Of a stretch of 64,000 bases of DNA, positions 26,210 through 37,700 are shown in pieces. The translations under genes were made by a program, and so were the position numbers. The DNA comes from Thermoplasmata archaeon (GTDB lineage Archaea; Thermoplasmatota; Thermoplasmata; Lutacidiplasmatales; UBA184). Numbering within the stretch: the first letter of the stretch is position 1; each line of letters starts with the position of its first letter. The DNA lies in NCBI GenBank assembly GCA_028864975.1, contig JAGWLG010000005.1, forward strand, positions 32,001 to 96,000. Direction: 5' to 3'. The notes below the pieces were generated by a model. It saw only the letters and a list, made by a program, of their open reading frames with translations. It ran no database searches and was not told where the DNA came from.

Positions 26210-27846
26210 GCCCAAAGCCCGCCGCGCGGCCTCCGGACCCCCCTGCGAAGACGCAGCCCGCTCCCGACACTGCGAAAGCCCCTCCACCTCAGGCCCCCGC
26301 GCCGGTCTCTACCCCAACCCCTCCGACCGACCCCACGAACGAGGCGAAGTCCCCGTCCGCGAACCCTCCTAACGACGAGGAGGAGGAAGAGGCGGGGGAG
26401 GGCGATGCCTCCGAGGAGGCCGAGGAGGTGGAAGTGGAAGCTGAACCGTCGCCGACCGAGCGGCCGGGGTCCGCAGCGGCGGCCCCGACACACCAGGCTC
26501 GTGTGCCGATCCGCTCGGCCCACTGGGAGCTCCATCCGGTGGCCCCGCCCACCGTGTTCGTCGCGAAGCGCATCACCCCCCCAGGAAGCGCCGGTGCACC
26601 CGCATCCGAGGCTCCCCAGACCCCCTCTCCGGCGGTCGCCGCAACGGCCACTTCCCCACCGTCGTCCCCCGCTTCATCTCCCGCCCCCCCCTCCGCGTCC
26701 TCAGCGCGACCTCCCCCACCGCCTCCGGTCGCGCCGCCATCCTCGACGAGCGCGAGGCCCCCTGCGCAGTCCGCCTCCGCTGCCACCATATCGGCCGAAC
26801 TCGCGGTTCCGGCCGCCCCGTCGCGGGCCGGTGCGGCCACGCCGGGTCCCCGCGCGGCCCCTGCCTCTCCCTCGTCCGAGGCCGCGTCGGACGCCCAAGC
26901 CGTCCTCAAGCGGGTCCAGACGAACATCGGGAACGTCGTGATCGGCTACGAGGGGATCGTGCGCGCGATGCTCGTGGCCATCGCCGCCAACGGCCACATC
27001 CTCCTCGAAGGCGTTCCCGGTCTCGCGAAGACCTACCTGGTCCGAGCCTTCTCCCGGTCGCTGACCCTCACCTTCCGTCGCATCCAGTTCACCCCGGATA
27101 TGCTCCCCGCCGACATCCTGGGGACCGTCGTGCTGGACCCCCGGACGCAGATGTTCGAGTTCCGTCCCGGTCCCATCTTTGCGAACGTCATCCTGGCTGA
27201 CGAGATCAATCGGGCCCCGCCCAAGGTCCAATCCGCTCTGCTCGAGGCGATGCAAGAGCGGCAGGTGACGGTGGAAGGGGTGAGCTATCCGCTGCCGAGC
27301 CCGTTCGTCGTGATCGCGACGGAGAACCCCGTCGAGCTCGAAGGGACCTATCCCCTCCCGGAGGCCGAGCTCGACCGCTTCCTCTTCCGGATCCTTCTAG
27401 GTTATCCGAGCGCCGAGAACGAGCTGCGACTCCTCAAGCAGCGCACGGTGACCAACGACCCCACCTTGACCGAGGGGATCCTCGGGGCCCCCGCGCTCAT
27501 CGCGCTCCGGGACCAGGCCCAGGCGATCCATGTGCATGACGACATCTTGAGGTACATCGCCGCGCTCCTGCGAGAGACGAGGACCGACCCCCGGGTGCTA
27601 TCGGGTGCGTCGCCCCGCGCCGGGGTCCAACTGTTGCTGGCCGTGAAGGCCTCGGCGCTCTTCGCGGGCCGCCCGTTCGTCATCCCGGACGATGTGAAGG
27701 ATCTCGCCTTCGATGTCCTCAACCACCGGCTCGTTCTGCGACCCGAGGTCCTCGCTCTGCACTCCGGTGGAGGGAAGGACGATGGGGGTCGCACGCTCCA
27801 GGAAGTGGTCTTTTCCCTCATCAACAAGGTCGCCGTGCCCTGGTGA
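26206..27846 (+). CDS. MoxR family AAA+ ATPase with long Pro/Ala-rich N-terminal extension
   Basis: HILLEGVPGLAKT, RIQFTPDMLPADILG, LADEINRAPPKVQSALLEAMQERQVT, ATENPVELEGTYPLPEAELDRF; start ATG 26206. Confidence 0.95.
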   Translation: MSPKPAARPPDPPAKTQPAPDTAKAPPPQAPAPVSTPTPPTDPTNEAKSPSANPPNDEEEEEAGEGDASEEAEEVEVEAEPSPTERPGSAAAAPTHQARVPIRSAHWELHPVAPPTVFVAKRITPPGSAGAPASEAPQTPSPAVAATATSPPSSPASSPAPPSASSARPPPPPPVAPPSSTSARPPAQSASAATISAELAVPAAPSRAGAATPGPRAAPASPSSEAASDAQAVLKRVQTNIGNVVIGYEGIVRAMLVAIAANGHILLEGVPGLAKTYLVRAFSRSLTLTFRRIQFTPDMLPADILGTVVLDPRTQMFEFRPGPIFANVILADEINRAPPKVQSALLEAMQERQVTVEGVSYPLPSPFVVIATENPVELEGTYPLPEAELDRFLFRILLGYPSAENELRLLKQRTVTNDPTLTEGILGAPALIALRDQAQAIHVHDDILRYIAALLRETRTDPRVLSGASPRAGVQLLLAVKASALFAGRPFVIPDDVKDLAFDVLNHRLVLRPEVLALHSGGGKDDGGRTLQEVVFSLINKVAVPW

Positions 27847-27861
27847 GGAGAGGGCGCGCGC

Positions 27862-29226
27862 ATGGCGTTCTCTCCCGAGTCGCTCACGTTCTACCGCGCG
27901 CGCTCTCGTAGCCACCTATCCACCCAGGGCGCGGGGATCGTCGGCGGAGGGCTCGCTATCCTCGGGCTCGCGCTCTACGCCCTCAACGTCCTGCTCTTCG
28001 TGGTCGCGCTGCTCGCGATCACCTTTGTCGCGGCGGAGTACCTCCTGTTCGTCTGGTCCACACGCGACTTCAGCCCGGAGTGGTTCGCCGCCCGGCGCGA
28101 TGGCACCTCCTCCCGGGTCGACGTGCATGGGACGGGGTCGGTCGGGGTCACGCTTGCGAACCAGGGCCCGCGCGGGTTCTATGCCGAGGTCTTCGACGGG
28201 TATCCCGAGGAGTTCGAGATGCTGGCGGGGTCCCCCCGGCTCCGGACCTTCTTCGCCCCGGGAGCGCAGCTCTCGCTGTTCTACGTCTTCCGACCCTCGA
28301 ACCGCGGGCTCTTCACGGTCGGTCCCACCACCGTGGTCGCCCACGACGCGCTCGGGCTGGCCTTTCGCACGCTGGAGCTGGACACCCGGACCAACCTGTT
28401 CGTAACGCCTCCCCGTCCCCCCCTGGGACTCGGGGCCTCCTTCGCCCGGCTCCGGACCCGCTTCCTGGGGACGCAGGCGCTGCGTCGGAGAGGGTATGGG
28501 ACAGAGTTCCGCTCGCTGAGGGAGTACCTCCCCACCGACGACTACCGAACGATCGCGTGGAAGCGCTCAGGGAAGGGGAAGCTCTACATCCGGGAGTTCG
28601 AGCAGGAGAACCGACAGGATTTCCTGGTCCTCCTGGACGCGAGCTCCCAGATGGCGGCGGGGATCCCGGGGAGCACCGCCCTCGACAAGGCGGTCGAAGC
28701 GACGCAGGTCCTTTCGGCCTACGTGGCACGGCGCGAGGACCGCTTGGGCCTTCTGGCCTGGGCGAACGGGCCGACGAGCTTCGTGCCCCTGGGACGTGGT
28801 CCGAACCACGTCTCCACGCTCGTCCGGGCCCTCGCGGCGGTCCAGCCGGAGAACCGACCCTTCCGTGGCGAGGCCGCGCTCGACTTCCTTCGGGAGAAGC
28901 TCAAGAGCCGGACCCATGTGTTCCTCTTCACGGGGCTCACCGACCCCACCGAACCGTTCCGGACCGCCTACGCACGGTTCACGGCGAAAGGGCACCACAT
29001 CTACGCGTTCACGCCCTCCGTCTCCAGCTTCTACCCTCCGCTCCCAGGGGAGCTTGACCAGCGCCTGCTCTTCCTGGCGCAGCAGCTCGATTCCCGGAGG
29101 ATGGCCCTCTCGACCACGGCGATCCGCAGCATGGGGATCCCCCTCTTCCCCTACGAACGACGAGGGGCGGTCGACCCGGTCGTGGAGCTCTACGCCGCGG
29201 TCCGCTCTTGGGGGTACGCTCGGTGA
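27862..29226 (+). CDS. DUF58 domain protein (MoxR partner, vWA-like C-terminus)
   Basis: GYGTEFRSLREYLPTDDYRTIAWKRSG..LYIREFEQE..LVLLDASSQM; N-terminal TMs. Confidence 0.9.
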   Translation: MAFSPESLTFYRARSRSHLSTQGAGIVGGGLAILGLALYALNVLLFVVALLAITFVAAEYLLFVWSTRDFSPEWFAARRDGTSSRVDVHGTGSVGVTLANQGPRGFYAEVFDGYPEEFEMLAGSPRLRTFFAPGAQLSLFYVFRPSNRGLFTVGPTTVVAHDALGLAFRTLELDTRTNLFVTPPRPPLGLGASFARLRTRFLGTQALRRRGYGTEFRSLREYLPTDDYRTIAWKRSGKGKLYIREFEQENRQDFLVLLDASSQMAAGIPGSTALDKAVEATQVLSAYVARREDRLGLLAWANGPTSFVPLGRGPNHVSTLVRALAAVQPENRPFRGEAALDFLREKLKSRTHVFLFTGLTDPTEPFRTAYARFTAKGHHIYAFTPSVSSFYPPLPGELDQRLLFLAQQLDSRRMALSTTAIRSMGIPLFPYERRGAVDPVVELYAAVRSWGYAR

Positions 29227-30284
29227 CGCTCTCGGCACGGGAGGAGCAAGCGCTCTCCCTGACCCTGGTCGCCCCCGCCTTCGCCTATCTGCTCATCCTT
29301 CTCCTCTCCGGCTACACGGGTTGGACCGGGGCCACCGTCGCAGGGTTCGTCCTCATTCCCCTCCTGATCCTCGTCGGATTGATCCCCCTCTGGGGCCCGT
29401 TCATCGAGCTGCTGGGGTTCACGGCTCTCACGTTGGGGATCCTCGACGTGGGGCTCTCGACCCCCGGCGCAGGTCCGCTGATCGACTTCGTCGCGGGCGT
29501 TCTTCTCGGCTCACCCTTCCTGCTCGGGACGTGGGCCTGGACCCCGCGGCGCTCGGCTCCCGCCCGCCTGCTGGGGCTCGGCGTGGCGTTGATGGAGGGC
29601 ATCATCCTCCTCGCGGCGCTCCGGCTCATCCAGGCCAACAACCTCGCGGAGACCTCCGCCTCGCTCTTCTACAACTACACCCTCGCGAACCTCTACCAGG
29701 CCTGCGGCATCGCGGGATTCCTGAACGTCGTCCCGAACGGGTGCCCTCTGGACCTGACCCACCTGCCCCTGCGCGACCTGGTCGACCCCGTCTTCGTGGT
29801 CCTCTCCGGCATTGCCCTGCTCGGGGTCCTGATGCCCGTGCTCTCGCCGAGGACCGGGCGCGGGGCCCCGGGGGAGACGGAGAGCTTCGACGAGTTCGAA
29901 TCCTCCTCCCGGGTCCGGGCGGCCCTCGCCCTCTCCCCCGAGATGATGCGTGGGCTCGCCCAGAGGACCCCCCCACGCCCTTCCCCCGGTCTCGCGCCAC
30001 CGGGCTCGGCGGCCCTTCTGCTCTCGGCGGTGATCGTCCTGCTCTTCGTGGCCTACGCGATCAGCGCGCCGAGCTCTCTGCTCCTCCCCACCATGCTCTC
30101 GCTCTTCTTCGCGCTCCTAGCGGTGCTCTACCTGGGGCGGGCGGCGCGCGCCCCTGCACGGCTGCCGCGCGAGGTCCTCGTCGCCGCACCCCAGGGGCCC
30201 CCGACGCCCCCCATCGTGCACGAGCGACCGCCGCCCTCGGTACCTTCGGGAGGATTCACGCCGGGTCCGGTCACGCTTCCGTGA
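29223..30284 (+). CDS. Polytopic membrane protein
   Basis: About eight hydrophobic segments; GTGA overlap with the DUF58 stop. Confidence 0.75.
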   Translation: MTLSAREEQALSLTLVAPAFAYLLILLLSGYTGWTGATVAGFVLIPLLILVGLIPLWGPFIELLGFTALTLGILDVGLSTPGAGPLIDFVAGVLLGSPFLLGTWAWTPRRSAPARLLGLGVALMEGIILLAALRLIQANNLAETSASLFYNYTLANLYQACGIAGFLNVVPNGCPLDLTHLPLRDLVDPVFVVLSGIALLGVLMPVLSPRTGRGAPGETESFDEFESSSRVRAALALSPEMMRGLAQRTPPRPSPGLAPPGSAALLLSAVIVLLFVAYAISAPSSLLLPTMLSLFFALLAVLYLGRAARAPARLPREVLVAAPQGPPTPPIVHERPPPSVPSGGFTPGPVTLP

Positions 30285-33200
30285 GATGGCCCGAAGGACG
30301 GTCCTTCGGTCCGCTCAAGGCGGGAGGTCCTGTCCGAGATCCCCCGTCGGGGACCCATCGTCGGAGGGGCCGAGGGGAGCAGAACGACCCCCGGGGGTCG
30401 CCGCCCCTCCTCCCTCTTCCGTGTCACGACAAAGTAGGCCAAGGCCCCGAGCAGGAAGAGCGGGGGGAGTAGCAGGAAGGGCCACCACGGACCGGCAGCG
30501 AAGGGCAGGAGCGAGAAGTTCCCCTTGGTGTAGGTGCCGTTGTGGTCGATGATACACCCAGGTTCGGAGGGGGAGGTGCAGTTCCTCTTGGGCGCGGGGA
30601 GCAGCCAGATCGTGAGGTCGGTGTGGTGCCCTCCCGGGAAGTCCATCGCGCCGTTGGAATACCAGTCATAGTAGCCTCTCGCCGAGGCGATGACCTCGTA
30701 GAACCCCCCGGGGACGTCGGGGAGAGGGAAGGTGGCGTTGCCGGCGCTGTTGCTCAGGGACGAGTACGCGTCCCCGATGAGGACCAGGGCACCGCTGATC
30801 GGTGCCGAGGTATTCCGATCTCGGACCTCGGCGTAGATGGTCGCGTAGGGGAACGGCCAGAGCGAGACGTTCTCCCATGCCACTTGTCCCCACGTGAAGT
30901 TCCTCAGCACGATGGTGGGGGAGAGGTGGTAGCCGCTGTGGTAGGCGGTGAGCGTGTAGTTCCCCAGGCCCACGTCGGTGAAGTTCGCCCACCCGGAGCT
31001 CGGGGTGGGGAGGCTGCCCCCGGCGGTGGTCGGCGTGGGGTCGAAGTTCGTGAGGTTCACGGCCGCGGCCGGGACCGAGAGCCCGGTGTAGAGGTCCCGG
31101 AGGTGGACCCGCACCTGGCCGAACGTCTTCTCGAGAAGGAAGAAGCTCACGTTGAGCTGCCCGGTGTAGTTCAGCGCTTCGACCTTGGTCTCGGAGAAGT
31201 AGAGCAACGCGGAGGCCCGGATCACGCGGACCCCCCCGGAGAAAGAGCTCACATTGAGCCAACCATGCGCGTTGGTGAAGCCGACGAAGGTCCCGTTGAA
31301 CTGGACCTGGGCCCCGGAGAGGAGGTAGAGGCCCGAGGTCAGGTTGTACCCGTAGACCTTGATGTGGACCACGGGGAAGGGCACGAGGAAGAGCCGCAGC
31401 AGGACGCTGCGGTACTGGAGCAGCGTCGCGGTCCCCAGCGCCGGGTAGTAGTCGGGGACGTTCGCCGACGCGGAGGCCTTTCCGACGACGTCGGTCATGT
31501 TCCCGAACCCGTGGGCGTTCGCGCTCGTGCTGTTCGTCGTGCCATCGGGCATGTTGGCGAGGAGCAGGGCCCCCGCCAGCGGTCGGTCGTTGGAGCGGTC
31601 CAGCGCCTGCACGGTGAGGATGGCCCAGGGAAGGTGGACCAGGGTCAGGTTCGCCCACTGGTGGCCCGTGGCGTTCACCGTGAGGTTGAGCCAGCCCGGC
31701 CGGTAGTCCGGAAGGACCGCGTAGAACTGGACGGACCCGGCCCGGGCCGGGGTGAAGTTGAGGTAACCGTGGAGGTTCGTCAATCCGGAATAGGCCGCGT
31801 TCCAGAAGATGGTGACCCCGGAGAGGACAACGGTCCGGTTGTGGACGTCGAGCCCGTAGGTCCGCAGGGTAAGGCTGGGGAGGGGGACGAGCGAGACGTT
31901 CAGGAAGAGCGTCGGTCCAGGATAGAGGAAGACCCGGTAGTCCTTCTCGTAGTACCCCGGGGTCCAGACCGCGATCAGGTTGGGCCCCGCCCGGATCGCC
32001 GAGGAGTTGGAGTCGCCCAGGCCATCGGTCGGGACCTGGATCCTTTGGAGCCCGTTCGAATAGGTGTCGTTCACGTCCGCGCCGGCGATCGGGTTCTTCG
32101 TCAGGTTCGAAACCACGTGGACGTGCACCCCGGTCAGCGCCCACGGCCGCAGGGTGTCGTTGGCCCAGACCACGCCGGTGTAGGGGAGCGTCACGTTGTC
32201 GTACCCGTTGGCACAGTTCGAGAACATCGCCAGGGTCCGGAAGGTTCCGGTCTGGTTGAGCGACAGGTTCATCCAGCCCCCGGGACCGCTGGCCCCAGCG
32301 GCGGAACCGTTCAACGCGACCAGCGCCCCGGGGAACGGATAGGCCCCCAGAAGCGAGCTCGTGTCGTTCCCCCACGTGCGGAGGACGAGCTCCGGGAGCT
32401 CGTAGAGCGTGTAGTTCACGGAACGGTTCTGATCAGGATTGAGGACGAGGACACTACGGTTCTCATGGTAGCCCTGTTGCCACGCGGTGAGCAGGAAGGG
32501 GACCCCTGCGGGGATCCCGCTGTAGTAGACGTACCCGAACGAGTTGGTCTGTAGCGGGGGGTTCCTCCACAGATTGCCGTTGACGGTCACGTTGACGTCG
32601 ATCCCACCGAGCGGGAGGTGTCCCGTCGAGTTGACGTGCACCGTCAGGTTGGCGTGGGGATTGGGCGTGAGGTTGAGATAGACGAGACGTGGGGTGATCC
32701 CTGGTCGGATCCAGAGGCTGCCGTTCGCGGGGTGGTATCCCACCTTGGACCCGGTGACGAGCGTCCCTCCGGAAGGGACCTGCGTCTGGTTCCCGTAGCC
32801 GTGGGCGTTGGTGTTGGACTGCGTCGTGCCGTCGACGGTGACGAGGCCGGAGACGATCGGCAGGTGGGTCGACGCGTCGAGCATCTGCACGTTCAGGTCG
32901 GAGGTGGGAGCGAACCTCCACATGTCGTTCACCGACCCCATTCCGTTGTTCCCCCCCGCCACGAGGAGGGTCTCGTTGGACGGGTTGTCGATCCAGGTCG
33001 CTGCGGAAGCGTACCGAGCGCTCGGGCCGGGCTGGTAGGGGTCGTTCGACCACTGGACGAGGGTGGCGTTGTACGTCCACGCATCGAGCAAGGGCCCGGT
33101 GCTGGAGTCCCCTCCGAACAGGACGTCAAGCCTCTGGACCGGGTCGTAGACCCAGACGGCTCCATCGCGTGGCGAGGGTACCGACCCCGTCGCTACGAGG

Positions 33201-34054
33201 GTCCACGTGGTGTTCCACGGGTCGTAGCTCCACACCGAGTTGGAGCAAGGGTCGCACCCTCCAAAGAGCTCGAAACGGTGTGTGGTCGGGTCCCAGAGCA
33301 TCGACGCCCCGTGCAGACTGGGCGGTCCCACGCCTCCGCTGGGACTGACCGGGGTCCACGCCCCGCTGCTCAGGTTGAGCGACCAGGTGTCGCGGTAGGT
33401 GTAGGTCCCCGACCCGTAGCTCTGGTTCCACCCTCCGAACAGGAGCCCCGTGCCCAGATACGGGGCCACCGCGAAGGCCGGGTCCTGTCGCGGGGCCGGC
33501 GCGGAGGTCTCGTTGACCTGCCGCCAAACGTGGGTCGATGTGTTGAACGTCCAGGTCTGATTGTCGGTGAACTGTCGCGAGAGGTCGGTCTCCCCTCCAA
33601 AGAGGAAGTCCTCCCGGGGCAAGGGGTCCGCGGCGAAGGCGAAGTGGGCCCGGGGCGAAGGGGGCCATCCGACGGTCGTAATGGGCCCGCTCCAGGAGTT
33701 CGTCGTCTCGTCATAGATTGAAGTCGAGTTGGACAAGGAGGAGGTGATGCCCCCGAACAGGACCGCATACACTCGATTCGCCGTCGTCGCGAGCCCCGCC
33801 CCTTCTCCGATGAGGTAGAAGGGGGGTGCCGGGCTCCACGCCAGCGGCTGGGAAGACAAGGCCGACGCACGGGGTGCCAGGTCTGACGCCATCGGGCGAA
33901 GGCGGGGTGGTCGGTGAAAGGCCCCCCGGTCTGCATAGGAGGAGAAGGCGAAGGAGCTCGTCAGTAGCAGGAGCACCAGCGTGAAGGCGCCTATCGCGAG
34001 CCCGAGTCGCGAGGCGCCGGCTCGGCGTACGAACTCACGGAAGGAGCTCCGCAT
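30128..34054 (-). CDS. Kelch-like propeller + tandem beta-sandwich (carboxypeptidase-regulatory/PEGA-like) repeat surface protein with TM anchor
   Basis: PSPRxxxAFA..LFGG..DTW blades, repeats of PxxGAxVxxNG..G.TNxxG, very many sequons, TM WWPFLLLPPLFLLGALAYFVV. Confidence 0.85.
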   Translation of the reverse strand: MRSSFREFVRRAGASRLGLAIGAFTLVLLLLTSSFAFSSYADRGAFHRPPRLRPMASDLAPRASALSSQPLAWSPAPPFYLIGEGAGLATTANRVYAVLFGGITSSLSNSTSIYDETTNSWSGPITTVGWPPSPRAHFAFAADPLPREDFLFGGETDLSRQFTDNQTWTFNTSTHVWRQVNETSAPAPRQDPAFAVAPYLGTGLLFGGWNQSYGSGTYTYRDTWSLNLSSGAWTPVSPSGGVGPPSLHGASMLWDPTTHRFELFGGCDPCSNSVWSYDPWNTTWTLVATGSVPSPRDGAVWVYDPVQRLDVLFGGDSSTGPLLDAWTYNATLVQWSNDPYQPGPSARYASAATWIDNPSNETLLVAGGNNGMGSVNDMWRFAPTSDLNVQMLDASTHLPIVSGLVTVDGTTQSNTNAHGYGNQTQVPSGGTLVTGSKVGYHPANGSLWIRPGITPRLVYLNLTPNPHANLTVHVNSTGHLPLGGIDVNVTVNGNLWRNPPLQTNSFGYVYYSGIPAGVPFLLTAWQQGYHENRSVLVLNPDQNRSVNYTLYELPELVLRTWGNDTSSLLGAYPFPGALVALNGSAAGASGPGGWMNLSLNQTGTFRTLAMFSNCANGYDNVTLPYTGVVWANDTLRPWALTGVHVHVVSNLTKNPIAGADVNDTYSNGLQRIQVPTDGLGDSNSSAIRAGPNLIAVWTPGYYEKDYRVFLYPGPTLFLNVSLVPLPSLTLRTYGLDVHNRTVVLSGVTIFWNAAYSGLTNLHGYLNFTPARAGSVQFYAVLPDYRPGWLNLTVNATGHQWANLTLVHLPWAILTVQALDRSNDRPLAGALLLANMPDGTTNSTSANAHGFGNMTDVVGKASASANVPDYYPALGTATLLQYRSVLLRLFLVPFPVVHIKVYGYNLTSGLYLLSGAQVQFNGTFVGFTNAHGWLNVSSFSGGVRVIRASALLYFSETKVEALNYTGQLNVSFFLLEKTFGQVRVHLRDLYTGLSVPAAAVNLTNFDPTPTTAGGSLPTPSSGWANFTDVGLGNYTLTAYHSGYHLSPTIVLRNFTWGQVAWENVSLWPFPYATIYAEVRDRNTSAPISGALVLIGDAYSSLSNSAGNATFPLPDVPGGFYEVIASARGYYDWYSNGAMDFPGGHHTDLTIWLLPAPKRNCTSPSEPGCIIDHNGTYTKGNFSLLPFAAGPWWPFLLLPPLFLLGALAYFVVTRKREEGRRPPGVVLLPSAPPTMGPRRGISDRTSRLERTEGPSFGPSHGSVTGPGVNPPEGTEGGGRSCTMGGVGGPWGAATRTSRGSRAGARAARPR

Positions 34055-34201
34055 CCGACCTCCGAACCTGCCCGCAATGGAGCGTCATAGTCAGGTGCCT
34101 CGGCCTTCATCTGGGTATGGTGGAGCCTCGGGGGGGACCGTTCGGGGCGGCTGGGTCGCTGTCACCGAAGGTTTGATAGTCGCTCGAAGGAGGCGACGCG
34201 C

Positions 34202-34699
34202 GTGGCGCGCGAGGAGCAGATCCCTCCGGACGACATCCTGTTGCAGGTCACTCCCGCGCTCCCGATCGCCGATGTCTGGGAGGGCCTCGTTCGCCCCGAA
34301 CACCTCCAGAAGTGGCTCGCACCGCGGGTCAACATCGCCCCCTACGAGGGCGGGGCCTTCGAACTGTTCTGGGACGAGAAGGATCCGACGAAGAACTCCA
34401 CCCTCGGTTGCAAGATCCTCCGCCTGCGAGAGCAGGACGAGATCGCGTTCACCTGGAAGGGCCCTCCGCAGTTCGACCACCTGATGAACCAAGGGGAGCC
34501 GCCCGCGACCACGGTGCAGATCCGCGTGTCGCCCTGCCCGGAAGGGATCGATGTGACCTTGGAGCACCAGGGTTGGAAGGCCGGTGAGGCTTGGGAAGAG
34601 GCTCGCTCCTGGCACTTTCGCTGGTGGGACGATGTCCTGCACCGGTTCAAGGACTACGTCATGACCGGAGAGGTCGACTCCCCCCCGACACGGGAGTGA
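34202..34699 (+). CDS. SRPBCC (START/AHSA1-like) domain protein
   Basis: VWEGLVRPEHLQKWL, GGAFELFW, IAFTW, TVQIRV..DVTLEHQGW, W..VLHRFKDYV. Confidence 0.85.
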   Translation: MAREEQIPPDDILLQVTPALPIADVWEGLVRPEHLQKWLAPRVNIAPYEGGAFELFWDEKDPTKNSTLGCKILRLREQDEIAFTWKGPPQFDHLMNQGEPPATTVQIRVSPCPEGIDVTLEHQGWKAGEAWEEARSWHFRWWDDVLHRFKDYVMTGEVDSPPTRE

Positions 34700-34790
34700 G
34701 CTCGGAGACGTTCCGTCGCCTCCTACGAAAATCGGTGCTGCCTCGCGGTTGGGCGAAGGCCTATCATTCCCACGCCGGGTCGCGCCGCCG

Positions 34791-37700
34791 ATGCCTACGC
34801 ACACTCATGCGTTCGCGGGTTGCGGCACGACGATCGCCCTGGGTCTGCTCCTCGTGCTCTTGATGCCGGCGCCAGGGGTGCCGGCCTCGAAGGTCGTGGC
34901 GCCGGAGGGCGCTACCGGGATGTCGACGGCCTCTGGAGCGATGGCCATTCCCTCGATTGTTCCGATGCCGGTCGTCCCCCACACTCTCGCGGGTCACTCC
35001 TCCCCCGCCACGGCGGCGCTCGACTGGTTCAACCTGACCCCGAGGCTGGTCGGCAGCGCAGAAGGGCCCTCACCCCGGCTCGAGCCGCAGTTCGCCTGGG
35101 ACGAGGCCAGCGGCTACGGGCTCTTCTTCGGAGGATGGGACGGGGGTGCGGTCGATTCCGATACCTGGACCTTCACGCCCGGGAGCGGATGGGCGCTCTC
35201 CGCGGCAAGCGGCCCTACCGGCCGTGTCGACGGTCAGACGGCTTGGGACAGCACGGACCAGGAGGTCGTCCTCTTCGGAGGATGTACCACCTCGGTCGGT
35301 TGCCCGAACGCGGGGACATGGACGTACACCAATGTCGGAGGCTGGGTGTATGACACCGGAGCCACCGCGCCCGGGCGGACGAACGGGGGGATCGCCGATG
35401 ACGCTGTCGATCACTACGACGTCATGTTCGGAGGATGTACCGCCTGGAACTTCGCGAACAACCCTCCGGTCTGCACCGCCGTTGCCTCGGATACCCAGAC
35501 CTTCGCAGGAGGCTCCTGGACCGCTCCGACCCCGACGACGCACCCTTCCGCGCGCTTCGCGCCGTACATGGCATGGGACCCCGACGCTCAGGCGGTGGTC
35601 CTCTTCGGAGGCATCGCGCTCGGGAGCGGTGGAAGCTACGTCCCGCTCAACGATACCTGGAGCTTCTCGGGAGGCCAATGGACCGACATCACCTCGACGG
35701 CAGGGCACGCTCCCTCCCCACGAGGGATGGGGGGCCTGGCCTATCAGACCGGGCCGAAGCGGCTCCTTCTCTTTGGCGGTGCGGGCGCCAGTGGCAACCT
35801 GGCCGACACCTGGCAGTTCGCCTCGGGGACGTGGACGCCGCTCTACCCCACGAACACCCCCTCCCCCAGGTTCGGATTTGCGATGGCGTCGAACTCCAGT
35901 TCGGAGCCGTTCGTCCTCTGGGGCGGCCAAGGGAACTCGAGTCTCCAGAACGATACCTGGGTCCCGACCTATCCCTTGCGGGCCAGCGCGAGTGCCACAC
36001 CGACCACAAGCGACGTGGGGGTGACCATCGCCTTCACCGGCAAGGCCGGGGGAGGCGTACCCGGCTACACCTACGCCTGGAGGTTCGGCGACGGCAATAC
36101 CAGCACGGCCCAGAACCCTACCTACGCCTACGGCACCCCGGGAGCGCCGTACACCGTGACCTTGAACGTAACCGACTCGACCGGGGCCGTTGTCAGCGCC
36201 CCTGCTTTGCGTCTCACGATCAATCCTGACCCGAGCGCGACCCTCGCGGCCAACCCCCCCGCTCCCTACGTTTCGGAATCGGTGATGTTCACTGACACGC
36301 TTACGGGCGGAACGTCGTGCTGCGGCCAGGTCACCTGGAGTTTCGGCGATGGCTCGCCTCCGACCACGACGGTCGGCACTACGGTGACCTACTCGTACGG
36401 TCGCCCGGGGACCTTCGTGGCGAACTCTACGACCCAAGATGCCGCCGGCCTCTACGCCAACGCTACGACGACCGTGACCGTGTCGCCCCTCGCGATCACG
36501 CTCGCGGCTTCCCGTTCCCCCATCGCTGGCACGTTCCCGCTCTCGGTCTCCTTCCACGCCACGGCGAGCGGTGGCGCCGGCCCGCTCACCTACGACTGGA
36601 GCTTCGGCGACGGCACCGTCGGCACGGGCGCGACCCCCTCCCACACATACACCAACGCTGGCTCGTTCCAGGCGACGGTCTGGGCGAACGACTCATCGCT
36701 TCACAGCGCCAGTTTTACACTTCCTATCTGGGCGTACGCGCCCCTCTCGGCCACGGTCTCGGTGACCGCGGGGAATCTCTCCTATCCTGGCACGCCCGCG
36801 ACGATCTCGGCCACGGCCACCGGGGGTAACGGTACGCTCAGCTACGCTTGGCAATTGAACGGGAGCGCCTACAGTGCGACCACCGCGTCGTTCCCGTTCA
36901 CCTCCACGGGGGCCGGAAACTACACCTTCCAGGTCCGGGTGTCGGACAACGCAGGTCAGACCTCCACCCGAGGGACGGTCCTGACCGTCCTGCGACCGGG
37001 CACGACCCCGCCGGTATTGGGGGTTTCGCTTGCCCTCTCCCGGTCGAGCGCTCAGGGTGGCACGAACGTGACGGCCACCGCCACACCGGTGGACGCCAAC
37101 GGGGTGGTTAGCTACCTATGGACACTGAACGGCACTCAGCCCTTCCCGCACGCCGGGGGATCGACCTCGGTGGTCCAATTCTCCCTCGCCCATGGCGCGA
37201 CTTATCAGATCAACGTGAGCGCGACCAACGGGGCACGTGTGGCTTGGGCGCAGAGCCCCCTCGTCGTCTGGACGGGAGCCGCTCCCACCCCGCTCTCGGT
37301 CACGATCTCGCCCAGCGCGACCTCGCTACAGACCGGCTCGTCGGTCGTGTTCACGGCCTCCGTGGGAGGAGGAGTGCCCCCCTACGTCATCCTTTGGAGC
37401 GAGAACGGTACGAACCTCACCAACACGGGAGCTTCGCTGACCCAGGCGTTCTCACATGGAGGAGCGTACGCCTTCCGTGCCTGGGTCCGTGATTCCAGCG
37501 GTGTGGTCGCGGAGAGTTCGGTCGTCGTCGTCACGGTCACCATGCCCACTTCTCCCTCGTCGGGTTCCCCGTCCCCGACCTCGCTCTCCGACCTCTTCTC
37601 GCTGAGCAGCCCATGGCTCTTCCTTCTTCTAGCGCTGGTCGTCGCCGCGCTGCTGCTCGCGGCCCTCTACGTCCGCCGACGACGGCATCCGTCGGCCGCC

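Noticed and set aside
30128-30284. 157-bp convergent overlap as an antisense regulatory system
   Set aside because: Both C-termini are low-complexity tails; stop-codon scarcity at high GC explains the overlap
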